Source of the DNA: a bacterium
GTDB lineage: Bacteria > Hydrothermota > UBA3073 > JACQXS01
Direction of reading: 5' to 3'
DNA length: 64,000 bases
Assembly (NCBI GenBank): GCA_030605695.1
Contig: JAUWHX010000092.1
Span: 996 to 64,995 of the forward strand
The position numbers were made by a program, and so were the translations under genes. Positions 16,992 through 26,192 of this stretch are shown here, one piece after another. The first letter of the stretch is position 1. Every line of letters begins with the position of its first letter. The notes under the pieces were generated by a model, which saw only the letters and a program-made list of their open reading frames with translations, was not told where the DNA came from and did no database searches.

Positions 16992-17390
16992 TTAAACGGA
17001 CTTCACAAGTTCAAAATGAGGTAGATCCATGAATGTTTGATCTTTGACATCAGTATCAGAGTCCCAATCTCCACCCCATCTTATTTTGATATCCATTTTT
17101 ATGGCAATCCCCTTAACAACTCCTGCAAAGTAATAGAATCTCTCTTTGTCATTCCAGTCTATTGGATAAGGAGCAACATCTACTGCCTCAGATGGTTTCT
17201 TGTTATGCTTGCTTTTCGGGAACTTTAATTTCGACCGACCTTCATGATAGGCATTATCCTGATCTTCTTTACTTCTGTGGCCCTGAAGCACCGAACAGTC
17301 AAAGCAATTAACAACCTCTTGAAAAAGACGTCGCAATTCCGGATGGCAAGTCTCCAACCTACTCTTTGATTTTTTCCCAAATTTAGGCAT
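16992..17390 (-). CDS. Peptidase M15 (L-alanyl-D-glutamate / D-Ala-D-Ala peptidase, endolysin-type)
   Basis: GHRSKEDQ, SEAVDVAP and DLPHFEL give the H-D-H zinc ligand pattern of M15 cell-wall peptidases. AGGAGG RBS. Confidence 0.8.
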   Translation of the reverse strand: MPKFGKKSKSRLETCHPELRRLFQEVVNCFDCSVLQGHRSKEDQDNAYHEGRSKLKFPKSKHNKKPSEAVDVAPYPIDWNDKERFYYFAGVVKGIAIKMDIKIRWGGDWDSDTDVKDQTFMDLPHFELVKSV

Positions 17391-17522
17391 GATTCCTCCT
17401 TTTTTCTTTCTTCATAATTCATTTTACGTTCCTATAAACATTTCAACCTATTTATATAAATGATTTTATATTTTTATCAAGTATCGTTTTGCAAGTATCT
17501 ATAATTGCTTATATATCAATCA

Positions 17523-17565
17523 CTTTGATAAATTTATCAAGTTTAAAGAAGCGGTGTTTTGACAT
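17523..17565. repeat. 43-bp direct repeat, copy 1, containing the perfect 16-bp palindrome TTGATAAATTTATCAA (17525-17540)
   Basis: CTTTGATAAATTTATCAAGTTTAAAGAAGCGGTGTTTTGACAT is 40/43 identical to 21281-21323. An extra half-site, TTTATCAAGT, lies at 17473-17482. Confidence 0.85.
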
Positions 17566-17650
17566 AATGTTTTAGCTTTAATAGTAGATATTTTTACAGT
17601 AAAATGTAATTTGAAGACCCGACCCTATTCTGTTTTGATTCACAATATTT

Positions 17651-20077
17651 TTAATTGTTCCAGTCATATTCACGATGTCCGCATTTAGACCTGATTTTTT
17701 TCTCAACATTATCATAGTATCTTTTAGAAATCGGTTTATTACAGTCTTTACAGTAAAATAATTCTTCTAAACTTACTACATCCTGCCAGAATGCTCTACA
17801 ATCTCCAATATTCGTGTCAAAATTACTGTCATGTGAATCTTTATTTACAACAAAAACAGATGAGATTATTTTTTTAATTATTGGCTCAAATATATCCTTG
17901 GAAGGTTGTTTATTAATCTTACTTTTCAATTCAGATAACAATTCGTTGCTCATTCTGTTTTCATTCAACTCGTTCGAGCGATATTTAACATATACATCTA
18001 TCTCTTCGGAAATTTCCTTTAGCAATTCCTCTAAATATTTTCTCATAAGATTTCCGAGTCCAGTTTTGTCATTATCGGCTAACCGTTGTTCTATTGTTCG
18101 TTTCAAGTCAACAAGTGTTTCATTTAAATGTGTGCCTTTAGATTCATTCCAATTAATAACATTAACCATCCAATCCGCTTTCCCCCGGACTATATTTTTC
18201 ATATAATCAAACCAGTTTCGTTCATGCGTTAAGATAAAAACTTGATAATCTGAAAATTTTTCCAGTAATAGGTCACTAAGTCTTTTTCTGTGATTTAAAT
18301 CAAAACTTGATATAATATCGTCAAGAATAAAAAATTGATTCTTTTCATTGAATGCTTTTACAGATGTAAGAAAGAAAGATATCCCCAAACTGTTCAAATG
18401 CGATTCACTCAAATATTTTTGGGGCGGAGAGGCGCTTTTATCAAAGAATTTAGATTCTATTGTTATACCTATTAATTCATCATCTCTTTTTGTCGTCTTT
18501 ATCTCAATATTTTCAACTTTTTCCCCGGGGTGCATATATTGATAATAATCATTTATTTCTTGAGAATAATTGTTGATAAACTCATCCAATTTTTCTTTTT
18601 GTTCTTGCACAAAAGCGTTATAAATTATTTCCATTGAAGTTTTTTGTTTTTCCAAAATCTCTTTTTCTCTTTTTAACCTTTTTATTTCTAAGTATGCTCG
18701 GCGCGAAAGTGTAATTTTATCCTGAACTTCTAAAATTTTGTTTCCTTTTATATTAGAAGCGAGAAACTCATTTCTTTTTTGACAAAACTTTGATATCTCA
18801 TTAAATTTTATCATATCAAACATTATCTCATCTTTCGTTTTCACTCTTTGTCCTTTTAATATATCAATACTAAGTTCTTGACTTACCATTGATATATACT
18901 CTTCAATAAATTTCACGAAATCCCCGATAGTTTTATTTTCCTCTAAATTGAAATATTTATTAGATTGAATGCCAGCAATTATTTTTTTAATTTCATCTAA
19001 TATATTTTGAACAGTTTTTTTCGCATCATCAAACTGGATCTTCTGTTTCTTAATTGGATCCAATGTTGTTAAACGTAATTCAATTTCTTTCATTAATTCT
19101 TCTCTGGATTTTGGCAGAAAACATAGCGGACATTCATCTTTTTCTATGATAGAGCCCTTCAGCACTTTCAGTCCTTCACTCCATAGATAACCTAAAGCAA
19201 TTTTCTTTAAGGTTTCAATATCCCGAATGATTTTTTGAAATAACTGATAATATTCCTCATATACGACTAATAAATTATTGATTTTATTCTGCAAGTCATT
19301 TATTTTACTAATAGCATCATTATAATATACTCTCTGTTCAATTACTGCGGAATCATCGGATTTTTTAAATAAAGAAAGTAAGTTATTTATGTCTTCAATT
19401 TTAGTTAAAACAAAGTCCATGTTTAATGGTTTAATTATTTCGTTTATTTTATTTATATACTGTTCATCCGATATAACTCGTTCATTCAATAACGACATTA
19501 TTTGACCGTCTCTGTTACTTATTTCATCATCATAATTTCTTGATCGTAAACTTCTTTTAATCTCATTTGCCGCTGTTTTTAGAACACCTCTAATACCTGA
19601 AATTTTAGTAAAACCAATAACCTTTGATAATGCATCGAGTTTATTTTTTGGTGTAGATAAAACAAACTCTGTTAAATCACCATACTTTAAAGTAAGATTC
19701 TCATTTTTAGAACTCTCAATATATTCTTTGAATGCCTCAGAATTATTAGAATTTTCAACTTCAGGGTTGGACTTTTTTAAGATTATACTTTTTTGAGAAT
19801 TCAAATTATCATCAGTAAAATTAATCTCCACTGAACATTTTTCTGTATCTGCAATAAAAATATTCCTAAGAGCAGTTAATCCGCCTTTTCTATCAATTTC
19901 TTCATTTACAAGGTGACCAACATAATTTTTATAAAACCATTCTGTTGCATCTGTAATACTGCTTTTCCCGGTTCCATTATCTCCAAAAAGTAAGGCTGAT
20001 TTAGAATTTAACTCCAAGGATAATCCCTCTTTAACTCCTCTAAATCCTTTAATGTATAAAGATTTAATTTTTATCAT
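17651..20077 (-). CDS. Coiled-coil ABC/SMC-like ATPase with a CxxC zinc hook and a PrrC/RloC-like C-terminal region
   Basis: N-terminus IKGFRGV...LLFGDNGTGKSSITDA (Walker A). Long coiled coil with DECPLCFL. YLSESHLNSLG signature, Walker B FFILDDIISSFD, H-loop ILTHE. Then MRKYLEE...NKDSHD and a terminal CKDC...CGH zinc ribbon. Confidence 0.75.
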   Translation of the reverse strand: MIKIKSLYIKGFRGVKEGLSLELNSKSALLFGDNGTGKSSITDATEWFYKNYVGHLVNEEIDRKGGLTALRNIFIADTEKCSVEINFTDDNLNSQKSIILKKSNPEVENSNNSEAFKEYIESSKNENLTLKYGDLTEFVLSTPKNKLDALSKVIGFTKISGIRGVLKTAANEIKRSLRSRNYDDEISNRDGQIMSLLNERVISDEQYINKINEIIKPLNMDFVLTKIEDINNLLSLFKKSDDSAVIEQRVYYNDAISKINDLQNKINNLLVVYEEYYQLFQKIIRDIETLKKIALGYLWSEGLKVLKGSIIEKDECPLCFLPKSREELMKEIELRLTTLDPIKKQKIQFDDAKKTVQNILDEIKKIIAGIQSNKYFNLEENKTIGDFVKFIEEYISMVSQELSIDILKGQRVKTKDEIMFDMIKFNEISKFCQKRNEFLASNIKGNKILEVQDKITLSRRAYLEIKRLKREKEILEKQKTSMEIIYNAFVQEQKEKLDEFINNYSQEINDYYQYMHPGEKVENIEIKTTKRDDELIGITIESKFFDKSASPPQKYLSESHLNSLGISFFLTSVKAFNEKNQFFILDDIISSFDLNHRKRLSDLLLEKFSDYQVFILTHERNWFDYMKNIVRGKADWMVNVINWNESKGTHLNETLVDLKRTIEQRLADNDKTGLGNLMRKYLEELLKEISEEIDVYVKYRSNELNENRMSNELLSELKSKINKQPSKDIFEPIIKKIISSVFVVNKDSHDSNFDTNIGDCRAFWQDVVSLEELFYCKDCNKPISKRYYDNVEKKIRSKCGHREYDWNN

Positions 20078-20254
20078 TTATTTTTCCTCCCTTAAAGAAG
20101 TAAGTTTATTTGATAGATTGGTATTGGTCAGTTTACCTTCCTCATACATCTTTTTGATTTCAGATGCCAGCTTCTTATCCACATCTGGAATATTCAATAT
20201 ACCATTGAAAAAATCATCCAATATTTCTTTTCCGTTTTTTATTGGTTTATCCAT
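20078..20254 (-). CDS. Small helical protein (58 aa) between the nuclease and the ATPase
   Basis: Start set to the ATG at 20254 (MDKPIKNGKE), preceded by GGAGG. It overlaps the upstream gene by 8 nt, and its stop abuts the ATPase start (TAAATG). Confidence 0.5.
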   Translation of the reverse strand: MDKPIKNGKEILDDFFNGILNIPDVDKKLASEIKKMYEEGKLTNTNLSNKLTSLREEK

Positions 20255-20720
20255 TGTCAAGACCTCCTTTCTCAAAATATTTCCAGTCAATTACAAGATT
20301 TAAATTTAAATCCTTTTTTAATACTTCAAATCCAGTTTTATTGTTACAAATAGGATAAATGCCATATTCCTTAACAAAACCTAAAATAAAATAACTTTCT
20401 AGGTCCTCTATTTTAAAGTTCCATATCTGTTTTAACATTTCAAAATTAAGATATGTGAAATAAAGTCCTTCAACTTTACGATAATTTAAAAGTCCTTCAT
20501 TTCCTGATGACCCATCATAATGGACTAACAGTCGTTTGGCAATACTGTTTGTTCTTTTTTCACTCATACCAATATAAATCAACCTTGATTTTTTGAATGG
20601 ATAAGGAATTTCAGTTTTCTTCAAAAAGATAAAATATAATCCACATATACCTATCAATTGTTTTATATTTTCAAGTTCAAATTCCTTATACTTGTCAAAA
20701 TAAATTTTGTATTGATTCAT
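20247..20720 (-). CDS. GIY-YIG-like nuclease domain protein
   Basis: CGLYFIFL...SRLIYIGMSEKRTNSIAKRLLVHYDG...ESYFILGFVKEYGIYPICNNKTG follows the GIY...YIG...R...H...E...N pattern. Confidence 0.55.
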   Translation of the reverse strand: MNQYKIYFDKYKEFELENIKQLIGICGLYFIFLKKTEIPYPFKKSRLIYIGMSEKRTNSIAKRLLVHYDGSSGNEGLLNYRKVEGLYFTYLNFEMLKQIWNFKIEDLESYFILGFVKEYGIYPICNNKTGFEVLKKDLNLNLVIDWKYFEKGGLDNG

Positions 20721-20731
20721 ATTTTACTGTT

Positions 20732-21109
20732 TTATTTATACCAATCTCGTTCTGGTACAATAGCAAATTTACAACTTTTATAATCATAACCGGTTTTTGC
20801 TTTATGTTTATCGGTCAATTCAACTGGATCAAATAACTCACCCGTATCTTTAATTGATAAAAAATTGTTTATGTTAAATGCAATTACTTTCGGGTCTGGA
20901 AATTCGTTTTTATCTTTATGGTCATAGCAATAGGCATATACATTATTCTTATTTCTTTCAAATGTTCTTGGATTTGTTGTACCAATATCAAAGGGTGCTA
21001 TTTTATGTGAAACAATTTCCGCATCTGAAACATGCTGATATGTAATTGATAATATTTTCTTTTTAACAATTGCTTCTCTTATAATATTAAATACTTCATT
21101 CCTATCCAT
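20732..21109 (-). CDS. Stand-alone WYL-domain protein with no HTH
   Basis: ILSITYQHVSDAEIVSHKIAPFDIG...NNVYAYCYDH...VIAFNINNFLSIKDTGELF matches the WYL beta-barrel pattern. Start at 21109 (AAGGAGG RBS) or 21124. Confidence 0.6.
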   Translation of the reverse strand: MDRNEVFNIIREAIVKKKILSITYQHVSDAEIVSHKIAPFDIGTTNPRTFERNKNNVYAYCYDHKDKNEFPDPKVIAFNINNFLSIKDTGELFDPVELTDKHKAKTGYDYKSCKFAIVPERDWYK

Positions 21110-21127
21110 ACTATCCTCCTTCATATT

Positions 21128-21241
21128 TTATTTAAATCCTTCAACTATTTTAATATCCTCTTCGGTTAAGCCGTATATGTCATACACCATCTGGTCAATC
21201 CGGCGTTCGTATTCTTTGACTTTGGATTGCCAAGTAAAAAG
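21128..21241 (-). pseudogene. Orphan 3' fragment (37 codons) of an RM/BREX-type methyltransferase-like gene
   Basis: Own translation: ...WQSKVKEYERRIDQMVYDIYGLTEEDIKIVEGFK*. The ...VY.LYGLTEEEI..IE tail is typical of type IIG/type I/PglX-like enzymes. A stop lies just upstream and the gene body is absent. Confidence 0.5.
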
Positions 21242-21280
21242 TCATTTGAAGACCTGACCATCCTCTTTCGTCATCAACAG

Positions 21281-21323
21281 CTTTGATAAATTTATCAAGT
21301 TTAAAAGAGCAGTGTTTTGACAT
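21281..21323. repeat. 43-bp direct repeat, copy 2, containing the palindrome TTGATAAATTTATCAA (21283-21298)
   Basis: CTTTGATAAATTTATCAAGTTTAAAAGAGCAGTGTTTTGACAT. On the minus strand both copies begin with ATGTCAAAACAC. Confidence 0.85.
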
Positions 21324-21382
21324 TTATTTTATCCCAATATTATCTTTGTTTCTAAGATTTTAAAAATTATACTAAACTGAAT

Positions 21383-22261
21383 TCAACCGGCAAGTGCAAC
21401 ACTCCTTTCTTTCTCCAAGACTTCTAATGGTGTTTGATAATTCAAACACTTCCTCGGCCTATTATTAAGCCAATCTTCAATCTCTAAAATTTCTTCTTCA
21501 CTTACTTCTGCTAAATCCGTCTTTTTGGGAATCCAACGCCTTATTAATCCTATGGTGTTTTCTACCGTCCCCTTCTCCCAACTATGATAAGGGTTACAGA
21601 AATACGACTTGATGTCAAGCACTTTGTTGACTTCTTCATGTTCAGTGTTCTCTGACCCGTTGTCATATGTAATGGTAAGAACAGGATATTTAATCAGTGA
21701 TCCTAAAATCGCTAATTTTGTATTCTCTGCTGTCTTTCGCTGTAGTTTCTTAAGAAGTGTTACTCTGCTTTTTCTATCTGCTAAAACATTCAATGCCACT
21801 TTGCTCTGTCTTGAAACCATTGAATCGCTTTCCCAATCACCAATTCGTTCTCTTTTCTCTGTAATATCAGGACGCTCTGAGATTGAAACCCTGTTCGGAA
21901 TATGTGGTCTTTGATGTTTCCTGCTATGACCTTTTTCCATACGCTTTCTATGTCTCCTCACCAGACAAGAAATAAGCTCTTTCCTTGCTTCATAAATATA
22001 TTGATAAATTGCTTCATGGCTTATTGACTCTCCCGGCTTATCAATAGATAACCTGCCTGCTATTATCTCGGGAGACCATCCTTTCCTCAGTTTACTTTCC
22101 ACATACTCTCTGATTTCCTTATTTTTCAGTTTCTCCCGTTTATGTGTAGCTGCCCAACGATTTTTGGCTCGTTCTTGAGCTTTGTGGCTTAAGTAGTACC
22201 CTTTATGGATAGGCGGAGCATTCCTATTTAGCTCTCTGGAAATAGTGGATTTATGTCTAAT
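21383..22261 (-). mobile_element. IS30-family transposase remnant, 5'-truncated
   Basis: The frame is open from 22261: (I)RHKSTISRELNRNAPP...KLRKGWSPEIIAGRL...DWESDSM...YFCNPYHSWEKGTVEN (DDE). About 35 N-terminal HTH residues and the left IR are missing. A TAA stop sits at 22262-22264. Confidence 0.8.
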
Positions 22262-22271
22262 TTATTTCAAC

Positions 22272-23366
22272 TTAAAAATATGTAAAAAACTTTTGTGGGC
22301 TTGCTTGATTAGTTAGCAAGGGTTCAATCTTTTTATGTTTTGTCGAGATCTGTCTTATCAATTCAATATTATATTCCAAAGGGGTTTTAGGATTTTTGTA
22401 AATTACGATTATGTCTCCTGGATTACCGCTTCGTTTAACAGCTTCACATTGTAAGCGAAACTCTTTTTTCTTATCATAATAGTAAATGCGGATATGTTGG
22501 TCTTTAAATATCTTACTATCAATTCTAATATTAGCTATTGCGTAAAGTTGTGGGTAACCAGAACCTGAATTAGTGTATAATACTGGCCAGTTCCAAAAAC
22601 TTGGCATTGACTTCAAGGCTGCAAGCGGAATAAGTATCACCGGGTCTTGACTCCTATCGCTCACATCAAAGCCAGAAAGTGTCATTGCAAAATTACCTTT
22701 TAATACCGGAACTGTTGTTGCCGCTTGTGTGTTAATTGGAGGTAATATTTTTGCTTTTTTTATAGTCTTGAAGGGTAAATCAGAAATCTTCTCAATTATA
22801 TCCTTAAATGATTTTTGTTTTCTTTCATCTATCACAGAACCATACGTTAGGAGCTTATCTAAAAGAGTCAAATCACATTTTTTTGTGTTTTCATCGTTAA
22901 GTAAGTTATTCCAATAATCTATTACTTGTTTTTTGAAGTTATCAGCATCCCCTGATGTATCTAATGTTATACTAATATTTACTTCGTAATTAAGAAAGAA
23001 ACCTCCTGCGGTAAAGTTTGATGAGCCGATAATTACCTTCTCTATTTCTTTATTACCAAACAAATATACTTTTGGGTGGAAGGTAATGTCAAAATTCTTG
23101 TCATGATGAATAAAAAGATTGTCCTTCGCAAATGTTTTAAGATTTACCAACGCTTGATAAGAAGTGTTGTTTTGGTCAATACCTGCGATGATAGATGTTT
23201 TTCCTCCAGCGTTTGAAAAGTATACCAGATCATTATAAATCCTACTAATACCTGAATTCTTAGCATATGCAACAGCCGCTTTGAAGTCAGAATACTTTTT
23301 ACTCATTAATGTTTTTGCAATTTCTTCTCCAGCAATATTTTCGTGTGTTAAAAGAGTAAGTTTCAT
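22272..23366 (-). CDS. PLD-superfamily (HKD) restriction endonuclease, NgoFVII/BfiI-like
   Basis: Single HKD motif FHPKVYLFGNKEIEKVIIGSSNFT in the N-terminal half. About 170 aa of separate C-terminal domain. 4-nt gap from the upstream methyltransferase. Confidence 0.75.
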   Translation of the reverse strand: MKLTLLTHENIAGEEIAKTLMSKKYSDFKAAVAYAKNSGISRIYNDLVYFSNAGGKTSIIAGIDQNNTSYQALVNLKTFAKDNLFIHHDKNFDITFHPKVYLFGNKEIEKVIIGSSNFTAGGFFLNYEVNISITLDTSGDADNFKKQVIDYWNNLLNDENTKKCDLTLLDKLLTYGSVIDERKQKSFKDIIEKISDLPFKTIKKAKILPPINTQAATTVPVLKGNFAMTLSGFDVSDRSQDPVILIPLAALKSMPSFWNWPVLYTNSGSGYPQLYAIANIRIDSKIFKDQHIRIYYYDKKKEFRLQCEAVKRSGNPGDIIVIYKNPKTPLEYNIELIRQISTKHKKIEPLLTNQASPQKFFTYF

Positions 23367-23370
23367 ACTA

Positions 23371-24942
23371 TTACTTTCTTCTTAATACTAAAATTGATTC
23401 GGCATTTATTGAATTCTTAGAGTGGATTAGATATGATTTCTGCACTGTCATACTTATTTTTTCTACGAATTTGAAGTTATTCTTCTCGGCAATATAGCCA
23501 ATAAAATCATCTGTCGGAATATCGAATTTTTCACTACCTGCAGTTGTTTTATTTTTTCCTACGACAAAAAATGCAAATTTGTTTTTCTTGAGAACCTTTG
23601 AAATCTGACTTATTCCGTAGTGCATATCAAGAAAATATTTGTAAAGCAAAGCAGCAGTGTTCTTTCTGCGAAAACCAACACTTGCATCTTTATTTAGTAG
23701 ATAGATTTTTTTTAAAAGTTGAACTATTTCTATTGGCAACACAGAAGACTCGAAATTTCTCTCTAATTCCTTATCTAATTTCTCCCGTTTTGATTTGGTA
23801 ATTTCTCTGTTGCCGATCAGGCTTTCTTCTAATTCTCTAAAAGTTGACTTGTCGGCAAATCCGAACACAAACAATGAAAGTCGGTCTGTGTCAACATAAG
23901 GTAATGCTGTTGCGTAAGGTGGTGAAGTAATGAGCAAATCGATTGAATTTGCTTTTAGGTTTGTACTTTTAATCAATGTTCTGATATCTCCTAAATAATT
24001 TTGAATATTTGAGGTCAATTTGAATCTGTCAAGCAATTGGAATTTTTCAAGGTTTTCAGTTTGTTCGTTTAGATTATTCTTGAAAACTTCAATTAGATTT
24101 TCAGGAGGTGTATCTCGCCTTCTTCTGATTCTTAATTGTGATGGGTCTTGATATGAATATTCTCGCAGGAGATTACTTAAAATAACTTTAGAAAATAGTT
24201 TATAAGTTTCATTATTGAATAATTTAATAATTTCTTGTATAAAAATAATTTTTTTAAGAGTATTTTCAGGAAACCAATTTTTCAAATAATTAGCGTCTAC
24301 AATTCTATTATAATTATCAATTACTATTTTCTCCCAGCCGGTTTTTTTATTTAGGTTTTCAAAAGCTTTTCTTATATGTTTCAAGTCATTTTGTCTAAGC
24401 AGCAAGCTTTGCACCTTAGCTTTAGCCATAAGATATGCAATCGGATTGATGTCAACACCAACAGCGTTCGCGCCGAACAGAAAACTTTCGACGAGAGTAG
24501 TTCCACTGCCGCAGAATGGATCCAAAACTGTATCACCTTTTTTAATACCTGCATAATTCATAAACGATTTTGCGAGTTGAGGATAAAATCTGCCTTTGTA
24601 TTCGTGAAGTGAATGGGTTAAATAACGGATTTCCCTTGATTTATTTGGCTTTAAGTCTTGAAAGAGACTTGGCTCATAAGTCTTGTAACTTTCCACTACA
24701 GATTGGTCTGTCAGAATGTTTGATTTACCAAATTGAGCGTTTCGATAATGGAATTCACTATAAAAAGTAAGTTTCTTCAACTTTAATTCATCCATTAATT
24801 TGCTTGTAGTAAATTTAATTCCCTCTTTGGTAATAGTTTTGTTTATTACAGACGGGAATTGATTCTCGAACTCTTTAATTGCAAGTTCTTTTTCGTAGTC
24901 TCTAAGTTTATATTTTACAAAATTTACTTGATATTCGAACAT
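23371..24942 (-). CDS. DNA methyltransferase (N6-A or N4-C)
   Basis: AdoMet motif I DPFCGSGTTLVE and catalytic motif IV ITSPPYATALPY. Confidence 0.85.
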   Translation of the reverse strand: MFEYQVNFVKYKLRDYEKELAIKEFENQFPSVINKTITKEGIKFTTSKLMDELKLKKLTFYSEFHYRNAQFGKSNILTDQSVVESYKTYEPSLFQDLKPNKSREIRYLTHSLHEYKGRFYPQLAKSFMNYAGIKKGDTVLDPFCGSGTTLVESFLFGANAVGVDINPIAYLMAKAKVQSLLLRQNDLKHIRKAFENLNKKTGWEKIVIDNYNRIVDANYLKNWFPENTLKKIIFIQEIIKLFNNETYKLFSKVILSNLLREYSYQDPSQLRIRRRRDTPPENLIEVFKNNLNEQTENLEKFQLLDRFKLTSNIQNYLGDIRTLIKSTNLKANSIDLLITSPPYATALPYVDTDRLSLFVFGFADKSTFRELEESLIGNREITKSKREKLDKELERNFESSVLPIEIVQLLKKIYLLNKDASVGFRRKNTAALLYKYFLDMHYGISQISKVLKKNKFAFFVVGKNKTTAGSEKFDIPTDDFIGYIAEKNNFKFVEKISMTVQKSYLIHSKNSINAESILVLRRK

Positions 24943-24948
24943 AGCTTC

Positions 24949-26091
24949 CTACTTGATGTTTTCGAAAACTACAATCTTTTCCGTCTTGATATTTCCAATC
25001 ATAGGATTAAACGACTTTTTTCTAAGATTTAAGTTTCTGGTAAATTCAGTTACGAAATTGAAAGGAGTATTTCTTGCAACTTCTTTCAGAATTTCATCAT
25101 TTTTAATACTTCTACCCTTCAAAATGGAATTGCCAATTACCAAAACAAAATATGAACCAGGCTTTAGAATTTTACGTATATTAAAAAAACATTTTCCCAT
25201 GTCTCGCATAAAATCAAATTCGTCTGGTCCATTTTTCTTTGAGTAATCAGCATGGGCTCCAATCTCACTTTTACGCAGAGAATAAGGATTCATTTCAAGC
25301 CAAAACAGTCTGTATTTGTGGTAAAGATGATAATCGTAGGCATTGGGGTAAGGTGGTGATGTTACAACCAAATCAGCACTGTTATCAGGAAAAATATTTT
25401 CTTCTCTAGTGTCTGCAACTTTAAATTGTGAATCCCCTTTTGTTAAGTCTTGATAACATTCTTGCATTTTGCCACGAAGCTTGGAAAGTTGTTTGGAAAA
25501 TTTTTCAAAAGTATCAAAATGGCTTATGTTCTTTTGAACCCTTACATATCTCGTGTCACTATCTTGGTTAGAAACGTTTACTATTATTCCTGAAAGAGCA
25601 ACAAGACAAAAGTTTTTTAAATCTTGGTTATCTATATTTTCAATTTCATTTTTAAGAAAAAAAAGTTCAGCAATGACGAAATCTTTAAACCATAAGTCTA
25701 TGTTAGGTATATCTGGCTTTTTAAAATCTTTTATTTTGCCAGTATAGTATTCGTCAATTTTCTTGTAAACTCTGTTCAACAATGTATCAAGTTTCTTAAA
25801 TTGAACTGGATTTACCGGTGTAGTTTTTGCTTTAGAAATGAGAACGGCTAATTCGTTGACATCATTACCAATTGCATTTCTACCGAGAATATTTGCTTCA
25901 ACTGCTGTAGTGCCACTTCCAAGAAAAGGGTCATAAATGGTATCTCCTATATCTGAAAACTGCTCGATAAATTGTTTTGGGATTTGTGGAATAAATTTAG
26001 CTGGATAGGGATGCATATGATTTGTTGCAGTGTTCGTTTCTGCTTTAACAAAGTCCCAATCAATTTTTTCCAATATAGCTAATTCTGTCAT
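24949..26091 (-). CDS. DNA methyltransferase (N6-A or N4-C)
   Basis: DPFLGSGTTAVEA and VTSPPYPNAYDY. 6-nt gap to the next methyltransferase. Confidence 0.85.
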   Translation of the reverse strand: MTELAILEKIDWDFVKAETNTATNHMHPYPAKFIPQIPKQFIEQFSDIGDTIYDPFLGSGTTAVEANILGRNAIGNDVNELAVLISKAKTTPVNPVQFKKLDTLLNRVYKKIDEYYTGKIKDFKKPDIPNIDLWFKDFVIAELFFLKNEIENIDNQDLKNFCLVALSGIIVNVSNQDSDTRYVRVQKNISHFDTFEKFSKQLSKLRGKMQECYQDLTKGDSQFKVADTREENIFPDNSADLVVTSPPYPNAYDYHLYHKYRLFWLEMNPYSLRKSEIGAHADYSKKNGPDEFDFMRDMGKCFFNIRKILKPGSYFVLVIGNSILKGRSIKNDEILKEVARNTPFNFVTEFTRNLNLRKKSFNPMIGNIKTEKIVVFENIK

Positions 26092-26192
26092 TGTTGATTT
26101 CCCTTCAAAAATACTCTACAAATAATATTTTGTCAATGTTTTTCTCCTCTGAAAATTGTAGGGGACAGACATTGCCTGCCCCCCATTCAAAA

